Assembly (NCBI GenBank): GCA_020536535.1
Contig: JAHLWZ010000802.1
Location: forward strand, 62,001 to 126,000
Direction: 5' to 3'
DNA from: Pelomyxa schiedti
Lineage: Eukaryota > Protista > Evosea
Length of the DNA stretch: 64,000 nt
Below, piece by piece: positions 35,778 through 48,121 of the stretch. The translations under genes and the position numbers were made by a program. Under the pieces are notes generated by a model. That model was not told the origin of the DNA. It did not search any database and saw only the letters and a program-made list of their open reading frames with translations. Numbering within the stretch: position 1 is the stretch's first letter; every line of letters starts with the position of its first letter.

Positions 35778-36475
35778 ATGCAGATGAGCACCACTGCTAG
35801 CAGCACCAGCACGACGACGGCCACGAGCACTGCTGTATCTCCTCCTGCAAAATCCACGACCACAACGACTACGTCCTCTTGCACCACACCCACGAAGCCA
35901 AGCCGCGAGGCGCGCGCGGCGGAGGAGACGCCGCGGTCGCGCTTGGGGAAGCGCAGGCGCCCGTCCGGGAATTTGTCATCTTCGTCGTCGTCCGAAGACA
36001 GCGACGTGTCCGATGATGACGAGAGCGACGACGAATCTACTCTCGAGGAGGCAGAACGTAATAATGGCTTTTGATTTCATTTTATTAATTTCTTTTTCCT
36101 ACTCTCCCTCTCGCGGTGTTTTTGTGTGATACGGTGCGGGTGCAAGTAAAGAAAAAAAACCATTTTAGAATACAATATACTATTTGGGATTAAAGGAGAG
36201 TATAATAGTCTCACATTGATACAGAAGTGGATGAGGAGGAATCTGGTGATGAACTTGCAGACCTACAAGCCAACATGGACACACCACTCGAGGAGCTTGT
36301 GAGGGTGTATGGTGTTCCACCGGGGCAATCAGCAGTGAGTGGGGCCACTGGAGGATCAAAGGCTGCTTCACCGTCGTCATGCACATCCACTACATCCACT
36401 ACTTCCACCACTTCAACAACAAGTGTGAGGCCTCCTCCATCTGCAAAACGCACCAGAAGCAACCAATCCTATTGA
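35778..36475 (+). CDS. Small acidic protein with MIER1/SWR1-type histone-binding motif; 3' end uncertain
   Basis: Intron 36058-36223 joins DDESDDESTLEEAE to QVDEEESGDELADLQANMDTPLEELVRVYG; NLS-like KRRRP and PSAKRTR. Confidence 0.65.
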
Positions 36476-37099
36476 GTGGAATGAAATAGAATTGAATTCT
36501 ATTTTCTGTTATTATTACTTTCACGACGCTACAATATGTACCATTACGGCTGGAACAAGGAATTGTGTAAATGAGGAACACCGGGAGGTTGATAGTGGCC
36601 GACGTTTTCCTGTTCAAAACTATTAATAACACCAGGCAAGGGACCAGAGATGCTGATGAGGGTGATGATGACTGCCACGAGCGAAAAAGTGGAACAAACC
36701 ACACCTAGTGATAGGGATGCCACAGCACAAGAGGACATTGCGAATTTGGGTGCACCACCAATCAACATCGGAGGATAACCACTAGATGTTGTTCTAATTC
36801 TGGCAGAAAGCACCATAGAGTGCAATAAGCTGTTCTTGGCCACCAACGAGGTTCCTTTCCTTTCTTCTCCATATGTACTTTATTGTTGTTCACTCTGTTG
36901 GGTTTAGCGCCATTAGGCATGCTTTTGACATTGTGTTGCGTTGTCCTGCCGATAACAGTGCCACTGGAATTCTCAGTGTTGCAACGTGATACCAACTTGT
37001 CACGCCAGACAATGGCAATGACCCTTCAGAAGCGGTACATCCCCCGAACAAAAACCATGCAAAATGTTTTTCTTTGTGTAGAGGAAAAAAACCAATAGA

Positions 37100-39300
37100 A
37101 AAAAGAAATGTTGCTCTCCACTTTGGTTTGTTTGCACACAGCTCTTCCTTCACAAGCAGTTCTCTTGTAGGACTGGCCCATCAACGATAACATTCTATTC
37201 TGGAGTGTGCCTTGTTCCTGAAGTGAGTCCACAATGATTATTATGGATCATGTGGTGAGAGCTGACTGCAGAATCGCCGATAGCAACTTACGTTGACTTT
37301 TGGATGCCATCAATCCTTTTAAATCCGAATAAATCCAGCGTGGTGACTGTGTGCCAACTGCTGGATCCCATATCAGAGCTTGTTGGGTGTCAGGGAAAAC
37401 AGAATCCCAGTTCAGCACAGTGTGGAATGAATATACCCAGGGAGAAGTGTGTTGTGGAGGTGAGGTCCCCTTTGCTCCGAGCTCCAGTACTTTGTTACTG
37501 TATAAGTTCTTAGACAGAAATGTGAGGGAGGGGTTTTTTGTTGAAGAAGTAAGTTCCTCACCAAAGATTTCTAAACTAATGCTGGCAAGTACAAGAGAAG
37601 TAAATTCCTGTTCGCACAGCAATGCCCATCATCCTCCCCACTAGTTTGTGCATCTTGGGGTGCTCAGAGCTTGTGAAAGAAGGTCTTGGGAATAAACTTC
37701 ATTCATATGTGGTGTTGAGCATGTTATGAACAGTGACATTTACTGCTGCGTCTGGGCCACTTCAGTGAAGAACTGTCTGTATGTTACAACTATTCTGCAG
37801 TTCAAGGTGGCTTTTGCATTCACCCTCTACATTTTAACCTCTGAAGGTTAAACTGAGTTTTATGGCGGTGTGGTGCTCCACCAGGTTTCCGATACCTCAG
37901 CAGGGCAGGGTGCACATTTAGCAAAAGCTGCCCTGAACATAGTGTAGCAAAGGGAAGGCTCCTCTCCTTCAGATGCTGCTGTTGTATATTAATTTTGGAA
38001 AATTGTATGTACAATGCAAACCTTTCATGCTACACGTACAGCTGTTGATATCAAGCTGCTTGAACGAATTCAAGAGTATGCCAAAAGTCTCTGAATGGAT
38101 TTAAGAGGACAGAAAGAAGTGGTCTATTACCAGGGTTTTCTGCCAGCTGTTTCAAATCTTTGTCTTTGTGAATTCATTCATAGTCAGTGAAATGTTTTCC
38201 TGCACCCACAAGTTGCAATGCATCAAGTTCCTGAAGGGTGATCATACCCTGGTGGATTGTTACCAAACCGAGAAGGTTAGGTACCGGTAACTGCTTGCCA
38301 AATCTGGAAAAGAGTGTTTCTAAAGCAGATAATGCTGGTGAAGCGAGTTCTTTACTTCTGGTAAATAACTTTTACATGCCAATACTATAATGTGTTGGTA
38401 GAAGCAAATAGAAAGTTGAGCATAGATCTTGGATTGTTTTACTGCTCCAATCTGGTTGGAACCTGGTCCACCTTCAAGGGGCTGAAGGTGTCATTGTATT
38501 AGAAACATGGAAAGCAACCACTTCCATAAGTTTTGGAACTTCTGGGATTTCCACCTCCGTAGGAGAAGTTGTGTTGGATGGTGAAGAGCCTGGTATTGCA
38601 GCTGCAGATTCCTCCTGCAGACTTGATGAAGGACTTGACTCCCCTACCACTGGGGACTCCATGGTTTCTGGGCTGCTTGCTATCCATGCTGTCATCCTTT
38701 GATTTTGACTCCTCCACCTCTTACCCAAGCTGGTAAAAGTGAAGCCAAAATCTTCAAGGAACACACAGATTGAAGAGAGTACAATTGCAAGAGCAAAATC
38801 ATACATGAGCTGCTTGATCTGAATCTTGGTCAAAATGAATAAAGTAAGACATGTGTACCAACCTTCATCAGCACCGTCTGGTTCTAGTTTCTCAACACTG
38901 TATTGTAAGGTCTTGGTAACGGCAACTGCAGGGGCAGTGTCATATTCGTCCAGTGAGGCCTGATGCCAAACAAATCACTTGGCTATATGCTGATCAGAGG
39001 ATTTTGGTGTGGAGCCAGCCAAAGATGCTGAGCAAGAGCTGCAGTGGTTGCCTCTGCAATTGACATCTGCGTTGCAGTTGGTGATACAGTTGATGACTGG
39101 GAGTCTATCTTCTGATGTGACAGGTGGAGGGAGAGTCAGAGAAGCTCTTGCTTCCTACAGTAACATGTACCACACTTGTTTGGAGATGAAAGCAGAGACT
39201 GGAAATAGGTTGTGCAACTCCAGCCTTGTAACTAGCAATCAGAGCAACTCGAGAAGATAACTTAGTAAATACCAGCAATTGCCATCACCACCCACTGTTG
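37100..39300 (-). pseudogene. Degenerate intron-containing gene with OTU-like cysteine protease motif; possible transposon relic
   Basis: VGGDGNC(C)YKA at ~39220-39295; long frames broken by in-frame TGA at 38975-38977, 38174-38176 and 38051-38053; CpG-poor; boundaries approximate. Confidence 0.55.
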
Positions 39301-39525
39301 CTTCCAAAAAAAAAGAGACACAGTCAAATGGTATTTTGGGGTGCCTGAGGTGCGTGCACACAGAACTAAAAAAAAAAAGGTATCAGTCATTTGTGTGTTT
39401 TGCATAACATACATAAGGAAATGCTGTAAAGGATGTGTGTTTGTTGGTTTTCTGTCGTTGGGAATAGAAACCTAAACTGCAGGGAAACAAACAAATTTTT
39501 CACAAAAAAAAACCAAAAAGGAGGC

Positions 39526-40087
39526 ACCACCTGGTGGTGGCCACAATTCACATTCAGATTCACAGTCAGTAGTAGAATATCTGCCTGCATCTCTCAGAGA
39601 GGGGCCACACTAAAGTCACCACCACAAATTGGCTATGCAAATCACCCAACAACAGAACCAACAGGTCTGGTTAGCACTCCCCACCAGGTGTATCTTTGCT
39701 TGCTTGCTTTCTTGGGGGGTTGTTTTTTTTTTGTTGTTGTTAGTATTGTGGCTGCTTAGAGTGCTGTGTCCATGGTTGAAAGGTGGCACCCAATTTGTAG
39801 TTTACACTATGGACACTACTAGTTGGCTATGCTAAGCACCAAACAACCACAGAGCACATAATACACTTGAGGCAAAAATACCACAACACAACAAAACAAA
39901 AAAAAAGAGCAAGCCAAAGAAGTGACCCAAAAGGGTCCACCTGTGTGGACATCAGAGAACCCCAGGGGGCCTGCACAACACTGTTGTTGGGTGGCACCCA
40001 ATGCAGTAGCTAGCTGACCCCTCAATGAGAGAAAGAAACCACCTGGTGGTGGCCACAATTCACATTCAGATTCACAGTCAGTAGTAG
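39526..40087 (+). repeat. Exact 50-bp direct repeat (39526-39575 and 40038-40087)
   Basis: ACCACCTGGTGGTGGCCACAATTCACATTCAGATTCACAGTCAGTAGTAG occurs twice, 512 bp apart. Confidence 0.92.
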
Positions 40088-40849
40088 GGAGTAGTAGTAG
40101 CACAGAGAACAAACAGAGAGACAAGACAGTGTAGTAAGTTGGTAGATAGCAGTGTCATCATCAATATCACTCAAATGCAAAATGGATGGACAAACCAGAA
40201 CTGAACTTGAAATGGTAACCAGCTTTCAAATGTCAATGGGCCACAAACAGAGCATGCAGTGGCACCCAATTGAGTATCTCAAGGCTTCATCCACCTGTAA
40301 CCATCATCACACAGCACCACCAAACAGCCAGACACCACAGTAGATCCCCCCACACCCTTGCTTTCCCCTCCTTATGCCAAAAACTAATAGTAACTTAAGG
40401 ATGCCAAAAAGCAACAACACATAGACAAAAAAAAAAAACCAAGTAAAGACAATAACAAAGCAATACAACAAGAGCACACGTTTTGTGGTGTACTACAAAA
40501 CCGAATCGGGGCCGACGCGGAAAAGCAACTGCGATCGGCACTCTACACCCACCCGAAAAAGAGTCGTTTCGTTACTTCCGACGTTGAACGCGTAATGTGC
40601 TCGCGGTGTCGCTGTGTTGTCGTGCCACGTGTCAGCTGCGACAATTCTGGAAAATGATTTTTCTTTTTCGTGCAACTGCGTATGATAGAAAATTTTCACA
40701 GAGTGATCCAGATCTGGAAAGCATTTCTCCTCTCCCCACTGGCAACGATGCAGCACCAAGCCACCTCGGTGGGTGAAGGTCCTTTCTCCTGCAGGTCAAC
40801 TAATGTTGATTCCACTCTGTTAGTGGTGGATCGCGGAAGAAGAAAAAAA

Positions 40850-43089
40850 ATGACCTCGTCGCTGTGTCGGTTTGCGTCGCAGTTTATCACGCAGGCGACG
40901 AGCCCAAGCGCGGTTGGGCACCCAGCGGCAGCCACCACCAACGTGGCCGCGTTCGACCTGGCCACGCTGTCGCAGCCCCTGGCCACAGCCACCGGCGACT
41001 GCCACCCGTGCTCCCGCTGCGGCTCCGTCCTCAGCCGCCACGACGCCTCCCGCCTCACCCGGGCCCCCGCCGCCACCACGGACACCGCAACCGCCACGAC
41101 GACCACGACCGCGAGCACGAGCACGAGCAGCAGCAGCGTGGGGGGCGGAGGAGGAGGAGGAGGCGGAGGGAGCAGGTGGGTGTGGCGGTGCCAGTTCTGC
41201 GGCGCCGCCCAGGGCGTCGACGTGGCGCCAGAGGAGATGCCCTCCACGTCCCTCGTCGAGTACGTCACTAGCTCGCCTCCGCATTCCGCTGTCTCCGCTA
41301 GTGCTGCCACTTGTTTGGTTTTCTGCCTGGGTGTGTGGTGTGATGATTATGGGAGTTATTAGGGTTTTCATTTTATACGGCTATTCTTGTAGTAATGTGA
41401 TAATATGCTTTCAACTTAATCGATTACTGCTCATTAACTACTCCAGATGTTAGTGGGTCTATGTGTGTTACTAGTGAGGTTCCAACAACGGGAAGAGGGA
41501 AGCCAAAGTATGTTTCAAGGCTGGAGTGTGTGCAGCAAGCAGTTACTTCGCAATTGGCTGCACTGGCTTCCGCTAATAAAAACTGCAGGGTTGGTCTAGG
41601 TATGACCTCCTTGCGCCATAAATACCACTCCACTTAAGATCAACCCGCACTTGACAAGTGCAGTCACTTTTAGTGATGACGTGAGCATTTTTGGTGATGG
41701 AACAAATACCTGTGTTACTGTTGCTGGGGATAAGCTTAATGACTGGGATCAGCTAGTAATAAAACCCCCACTCTATTCTCCCCATTAAAATACTTTTTCC
41801 ATGCAGTTGAACATTGGAAAGGAGAATGCAGTAGAGAAACCGATTTCCGAAACGCACAAATTCCTGGCAGAAGCAGTGCGTGGTCTTAATGAGCAGGGGA
41901 AAACTGCCCTTGGTCCTGCTTTGCTTGTTTCTACGGGGATAGCCTCCCAATACCCCGGATCACGAGTTGTTATTTGCACCGACGGACTGGCCAATGTGGG
42001 AGTGGGCAACATAGAGGAGGGTGGTCTGCAAGGGGGTTCTTTTTACTCTGCTGTTGGCGACCTTGCCAATGCTTCAGGTAAAACCTTCAGATCCTGCCTA
42101 TTGATTTACATACCACTATAGGTGTCTCTGTGTCTGTTGTGAGCATTAAAGGATCACATTGCTCAATTGAAAACCTTGGAAGGGTAGCTGATGCAACTGG
42201 TGGAATTGTGGATATGGTTGATCCTGTGAACCTGGATCTCAACTTTAAGTGAGTAAACAATGTAATCTGTATCTATTCTTACATCTTCAGATCTGTCCTG
42301 CAGAGGGTCGTCATTGCCACTGGTGTTAAACTTAACATGATAATACACCCGAGCTTTTGTTTCAGCTCTAATACCAATTCTATCTCGATTGATGTCGGAA
42401 ATGCCAATGTAAGGAATACCGTACCCAGTTCCACTTCAGCTCAAGCACCACAGAGTGATACCCAAGTGACCTTTGATTTCTATTCTGTGCCATCTGTTGA
42501 ACCCCCCAGTGAAGTTCCTTATCAAGTTGTTGTAAATTACACGCGGGTGGCAGATGGAGCTCACTGTGTACGTGTATATACATCCACATTGCCATACACA
42601 CCAGACAAAGCAATGGCGGAGCGAGCTGTAGATGTCATGGTTGTTGGCTTGCATGTATCCAAGAAATCTGCCATGTTGGCTCAGGAAGGTAGATGATAAG
42701 CCTTGTTATTGAATGCACTCTGACCTTCATAACTCAGGCAAGTACGAACAATCTAAAGCGGTGGCTATGGCTTACTCAACCTTATTGGAGCGATCAGTTC
42801 ACACGCCAACGCAGATTGCTCAGTTCCAGTTGTTTTTGAAACAGCTTCGGAATGCCGAAACAGAAATTAACTCCGCACTTGCTGAAGAACACACCAAGGG
42901 AGTCTCAGGGGCTTCCGCTAGTGTACGTTGTGTTCTTTTTATTATTCCTCCCACATGCATAGAAAAACACATCTTCAATCTTACTAACAAAATATCATAC
43001 AGGTTCGATGTAATGTTCGTACAGACAGAACAGCAGCAATGATGTACAGCATGAAAGGGAAAGAGGCTGCTGGGTGCATTTTGTCCTAA
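40850..43089 (+). CDS. Zn-ribbon plus vWA domain protein (Sec23/24-like trunk; resembles the non-Ras part of circularly permuted Ras protein 1), multi-exon
   Basis: CSRC..WRCQFCG; MIDAS VFCLDVSGSM; YVSRLECVQQAV; TALGPALL; ICTDGLANVGVG; ends GCILS-stop. Confidence 0.85.
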
Positions 43090-43130
43090 AAAGTGGATTT
43101 AAATTTTAAAAAAAAGCATTCTGTTTTAGT

Positions 43131-44892
43131 TCATTCTGTCCACCCTTCCACACAAGTTGGGTTACATTCTACCGGCGGGTCCTCAGTGTATAGACAAGGT
43201 TTGTATGTGTTATCACTTGCTGGTGTATCTTTGCTAGAGTGCCACCATTTGGAGACTGCTTGCTGTAAAGTGACCCCGTCAATGGACAACTGTTTTTGGA
43301 TTAGGTTTAGGAAGTGTTTGCAATGAGTGTGTACTGATGTCCATGCCCTATCATAATCTTCTGTGCAGTGTGATAAGCAGGAGGATATAAATGCTCCATT
43401 CCCAGGTTCATAAAGTGTTTTTATGGAGTCGAGAGTATTTGTAAACGTGTTAGAGTATTCGTTCATAACTTGTACCTTCGGGAAATGTGAGTTCCAGGCA
43501 GAACTTGACAATCCAACTTTTGGTATTAAAATCTTTGGTTGGTTATCCAACCTGTGATGGAGTACACATGGCTATGTCAGTGAGTGTACAGTTCTGCCAC
43601 TCGGGATACACAAAGCAAAAACCGTTATATGGGGACTCTGGTGGCATTGGCCATGACAAAAGTCTTCAACCTGAGCATGTATCAGAAAAAATGCACATGG
43701 GACAGCCATACCTATTTGCCAAAGGTCCACTGCCTACATGCATTTAAGTACAATCTTCGTAAAGGGCGTTACTCACCGAGTTAACAACAAATGTTGGTAT
43801 TGTAGTATGCGCATAGTTATTGACCGCAAATATGCATCGCCATTCTTCCCCTTCTTTGGCAGCTTGGAGACAACGTTGGTTTACACCAGCACTGCAGTTC
43901 TGCATTTGGAAGACGTATTCCATTTGCGAGCTATAGACCGGCTTTCCCTTTTGAAGATTAGGTACCGCAAAGAGAAACATTGGTACTACGTTGATGTTTG
44001 TATGATCCAAGAAAAATCCACACATAGGTAAGCTCTTATATATTTGAACAGATGGTGGGAGTAAACTCTGAACATAATCCGCATGGAAAAAAGTGGCTAA
44101 TCCTAGTTTTTTTTAGCATTACTCAGAACACAAGAGGGGATGGGGACAAGTACCTCCTGCGGAACATCCTGTAAGAAGTACATTCTCTGCATTTCCGAAA
44201 TTGTGGTCCCGTTTTAAATGAGAGAAAACCTGGTCCAGGATTGTTCTCCCACGGAAATACTGTCCATGTGTTGGAACTTACAATTGCCTTAAGTTTTGTA
44301 CCAATTTCGTTCCATTATATTCAATTGGTTCCTCCAAGTAGCCAGAGAACGATGCTCCGTCACAATAAGGCAACCAGACCAAGTTCCAGTCGTAGAAATC
44401 TGGGTTCACAGCAGGGTCATCTGACAATGAAGCATACATAGATACATTCGACTGCCACACTGTACTTGTGCCAAGATATATATGTGACCTGGCTTCACAG
44501 TCAGCCTCCTCATAGCACCATCCTCCTCCTGTAGTATAAATGCAAATTAAATGTGTTGCCAAACAACTAGGGAAAACTTTGTTAACATTCATACCTTGGA
44601 AGTCCAACTGCCAATTGTTAGCTGCCCCCACACTAGTTGCCTCTCTGATATAATAGCCCGCTGGTGATCCTACCCTCAAAATTAGATACCGCCTTATTGA
44701 ACACAAAGAACACAAGCACATTGAAGTGGCAACAAACAGTTTTACTGTGTACTATTGGGTTTGGTTTGCTTATTTACCATCAAGACACACAGCCCCAGTC
44801 TCAGAGTAGTCGTCAAATAGAACTTGCCTCAAAATGGTGCCGCTGCAAAGGCTAACCAGCAACAACACTCCAACTTGGTGCAGGGCTGTCAT
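43131..44892 (-). CDS. Secreted pectin acetylesterase / Notum-family carboxylesterase (multi-exon)
   Basis: Signal peptide MTALHQVGVLLLVSLCSG; AVCLDGSPAGYY, GGGWC, NPDFYDWNLVWLPYCDGASFSG, nucleophile GCSAGG, AFISSCLSHC, CNPTC. Confidence 0.92.
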
Positions 44893-45029
44893 GGCACTCT
44901 GATTGCACGAAGGGCACGAAAACAAAAATGTGCATTTTTGTTTTGTAGTGGAAACAACGAAAAGGAAGAAAATATAAATTTATGTTGATTTTCACTTGTA
45001 CACCACTTCTAGGTGAGTGCAGCCTTGTT

Positions 45030-46967
45030 TCATTCTTCCTTCTCTGTTTGCTTTTTGAGGTGTAAATACACATAGAAACAACTCTTCACCACTTGAGCCA
45101 CATTCTCATTGCCTGCAGAATATGTTATGTTGTGATGAAGGAATTATGGTGTAGTTTCTGGTAACCAACCTCTGGCCACGCTATCAGCATAGCCTTCTAA
45201 TTGTTTGTAAAAAGAAGAATCAAGACGCAGTTCGACGCCATGTGCGTTGGCAATGTTTTGGATCATCCTGCGGTCTCCAATCTGTTAAATATTAATACAA
45301 GCAAATGATTCTGAGACCCATACATTTACATCATGCTCAGTCTTAAGCTTAGCCTCAGTGGTAAATAGAGCCAGAGCTTTTTCTTCTGTGAAATCGGAAT
45401 GTGGGCAGTTCTTGATACTATCCAACAGAACCTTGCAAAATGTAGACAGCCCATGGCAGCCAGCATCTAGGTAGTCACTGGACTTACGTATGTGACGACT
45501 GGTTTTTGCCAATTGATGGAAACCCAGGTCCTTGGCATATTTCCTGTTAAACCAGTGTCCTGGAAAACTGAAGTCCACAGTATAGTTTCCAAGTTGGAGA
45601 GGTGCTGGAGGTGGAATCTCTAAGAACCGGTTCATTCTTTCGTGGGAGACATTGTCTACTCCTCCAGTAGGAGCTTCCGGCGGACCGTACCGGTTGGGGG
45701 GCACACTCTTACGCCTTGTAGGGAGGGGTTCTGGTTTTTTTTCCCACCCACCCTTGAGTGTGCCTACACTTCTCCCCTGTGCTGAATCGACAATGCTTGT
45801 TTCTTCTTCAAGTTCTTCGTCGGATTGTTCTTCGAGTTCTTTGAGATCTTTGAGTTCTTCTTCGAGTTCTTTAAGCTCTTTGAGCTCTCTGATTTCGTCT
45901 TGAAGATCTTCTTGGGATTTTGCTTTGGGTTGGCGTAACATAGATCGGTGTTCGGCGGGCAAAGTCTGCTCTGAAATGTAAGTGGTTTCATCCTCACCCG
46001 GTATTGCTTTGCCTTGGTCTGAGGTTCGACTAGGGGATGGACTGAACACCACTTTTGGTTTTTTCTTTTGTTGGCTGGATGGGGACTGATGCTTTTTGCA
46101 GCTTTCTTTCTCTGTTTTGTGGAGAAGTGGAGATAGGTCTGTGGTTCTTACGGCACTGAACTTCAGAGGTTTTCTTGGTTCTTCCAGTTCAGATTTCCTA
46201 AGGCGTTTACTGGGAGATACCTCCTGCGCCGCATTATCAGCAGTACTAGGCTTGCTGGAACTAGTAGTTGTAGTGGTAGTTGTAGATGTTGTGGTGGTAG
46301 AAGATAAGGACTTTGGCACTGAGGGAGCAGAGTTTTGGTGCCCAGAAAGTGGCAGGTTCACTCTCATGGATTCAGTTGAGTCAGTAGGGCTCCTCTTTCG
46401 CGGCACACTTGGCTCCGCCACCCAGTAATTATCCGTTGCATCATAAGTATCATCGGCACTATCTTTATCCGCAGCAGCACTCACTTCTTTCCTCATCCCA
46501 GCCGCTGCTGGAAAGTGCCCCGTGTGTGCTGGTATTGATACATGCGGAAGCGGCGCGAATGGCGGCGACGATAGCTTGGCCCTTGTCTGCGGATGCGGGT
46601 GCGGGGGCGGCGGTGGTGCCGTAGTGGCTGGTGTTCGTGGTTCTGCCATTGGAGGTGGAACCGCCTTTGCTGCTTCTCTTTTCTCTCCAGTATTAGCAAA
46701 GTGTGGGTGCGATGGCCGCGAGGGCGGCGATGGTTGCGGCGGCGCCGGCGACGAAGAAGGAGAGGCAGCGGGGGGCGGCGTTGAATTGAGGACCTCCAGC
46801 GCATGGCGCAGGGTGACGAAAAGGCCCAGGGGGAATCCCATGGTGTGGAGGTCCTGCTCCCTGAGCAGCCTCAGTGTCCTCATGCTGCATATCCTGGCGC
46901 TTTGGAACTTGTCCTGGCACTCGGCACAGTCGTTTTCGGCAAGCCACTTGATTAGCTCGTTGTCCAT
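45030..46967 (-). CDS. SAM-domain protein with uncharacterised C-terminal domain (paralog 2)
   Basis: SAM MDNELIKWLAENDCAECQDKF..LRLLREQDLHTMGFPLG; C-terminal FPGHWFNRKYAKDLGF..YLDAGCHGLSTF; introns 45282-45323 and 45113-45169; TGA at 45030-45032. Confidence 0.85.
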
Positions 46968-47305
46968 GTCGCTCGCTCGACTGGCGAATCGTTGCTTTTG
47001 TTTCTGTCGCCTGAGTTGCAGATTTCAGATTCGTTTAAAAACGGTTGGTAGAAGGAACAGTTTTCCTCCAACTATGAAGTTTCCCATAAGAAAGTTGGGG
47101 TTCTTTTGCTTTTTGGTTCTTGCTAAAACCTTTGCAGCCGCAAGGCAATGGGGTGAGTGATTAGAAGTAAGTAAGCCGTGTCTGGATATCCATATCCTCA
47201 CACGCCTGATATCCACTAAATCATGATGGCTTCGAGCAGCCAGGTCTGACACTACTTTTTGTCAGCGTGGGGTTAGGTTTTCTTTTGAGTTGGGGTGAAG
47301 CTTAC

Positions 47306-47912
47306 TCAGTGGGTTGTTGGACGAAAGTGTGAGGTTAGATGCAATGTCCCTAGTGCAATCAATGCGGTGAAGAGGCATCCCACGAGTGCAAGCTCATTGA
47401 TACTGGTGTTGTTAAGAGGTGCAATTCTTGAACTTGGTGACATCATGCTTTTGGCACATATAGCGCAAATAAGTAGAGTGGCGACTGTCAGTATTACTGG
47501 CAAACTGTTAACAACCTTTTATTTATTAGTTAAGGCCACTGAAGTTTAGTTTTATCCCTTTCCTTATTGAAGATAGAAGTCTCTTACATAGGATAACGTA
47601 GTGAACAAGGTTCCAGGTGATTTGTAAAGAAACTCTTTGAAGTACGCGTAGCTAAGGGAGAGAGCTTCCCACGGCTGTAAGGTACAACAAAAAAAACCAT
47701 CAGAGTTATTGCACGAGAACAAGAGGGCGCCCGCTTAGTATATAACGTCATCAATAACAGACGTTGCGAATAGGTTGCTGGGCACACAGTACACCAAAGG
47801 AAGTGCCTAGATCCTCGCTGTCGTTCTTGTGCGTATTGTCGTTGTGGTCAAAGAGAACAATCGGCAGCAGGATAACAAGGAAGATCAGCCACAGCACCTT
47901 GATAATGACCAT
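47306..47912 (-). CDS. Small multi-pass membrane protein (148 aa, 3 exons), function unknown
   Basis: Exons 47763-47912, 47588-47674 and 47306-47515 join in phase 0 through GT-AG introns; three hydrophobic segments (IIKVLWLIFLVILLPIVLF; LPVILTVATLLICAIC; LALVGCLFTALIALG). Confidence 0.7.
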
Positions 47913-48121
47913 TTTTTCGGATCTTCCTCTCTACCACAAAAACCGAACAACAAACGTCAATCGCGCAGGGTAGTAATGCCACCTGCCATTTTTCAAATGT
48001 GTTTCCTTTTGTTAGCCGAAATTAGAATTAAAAAAAAAGAAATAGAAAACGTGAAGTGTTTGTTGTTTGCTTTTTTGTTTTTACAAGCACAGTGTTGTAT
48101 TGTAGTGTTATGGGGAGAATT

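Noticed and set aside
37100-39300. TGA reassignment (alternative genetic code) to explain in-frame TGA codons
   Set aside because: TGA is the true terminator of several intact genes here (TBC-TLDc, both SAM genes, RING, polyhistone); CpG decay explains the stops better
39526-40270. CRISPR-like array or LTR pair
   Set aside because: Only two 50-bp copies, irregular spacing, no TG..CA ends or PBS, no cas or gag-pol genes
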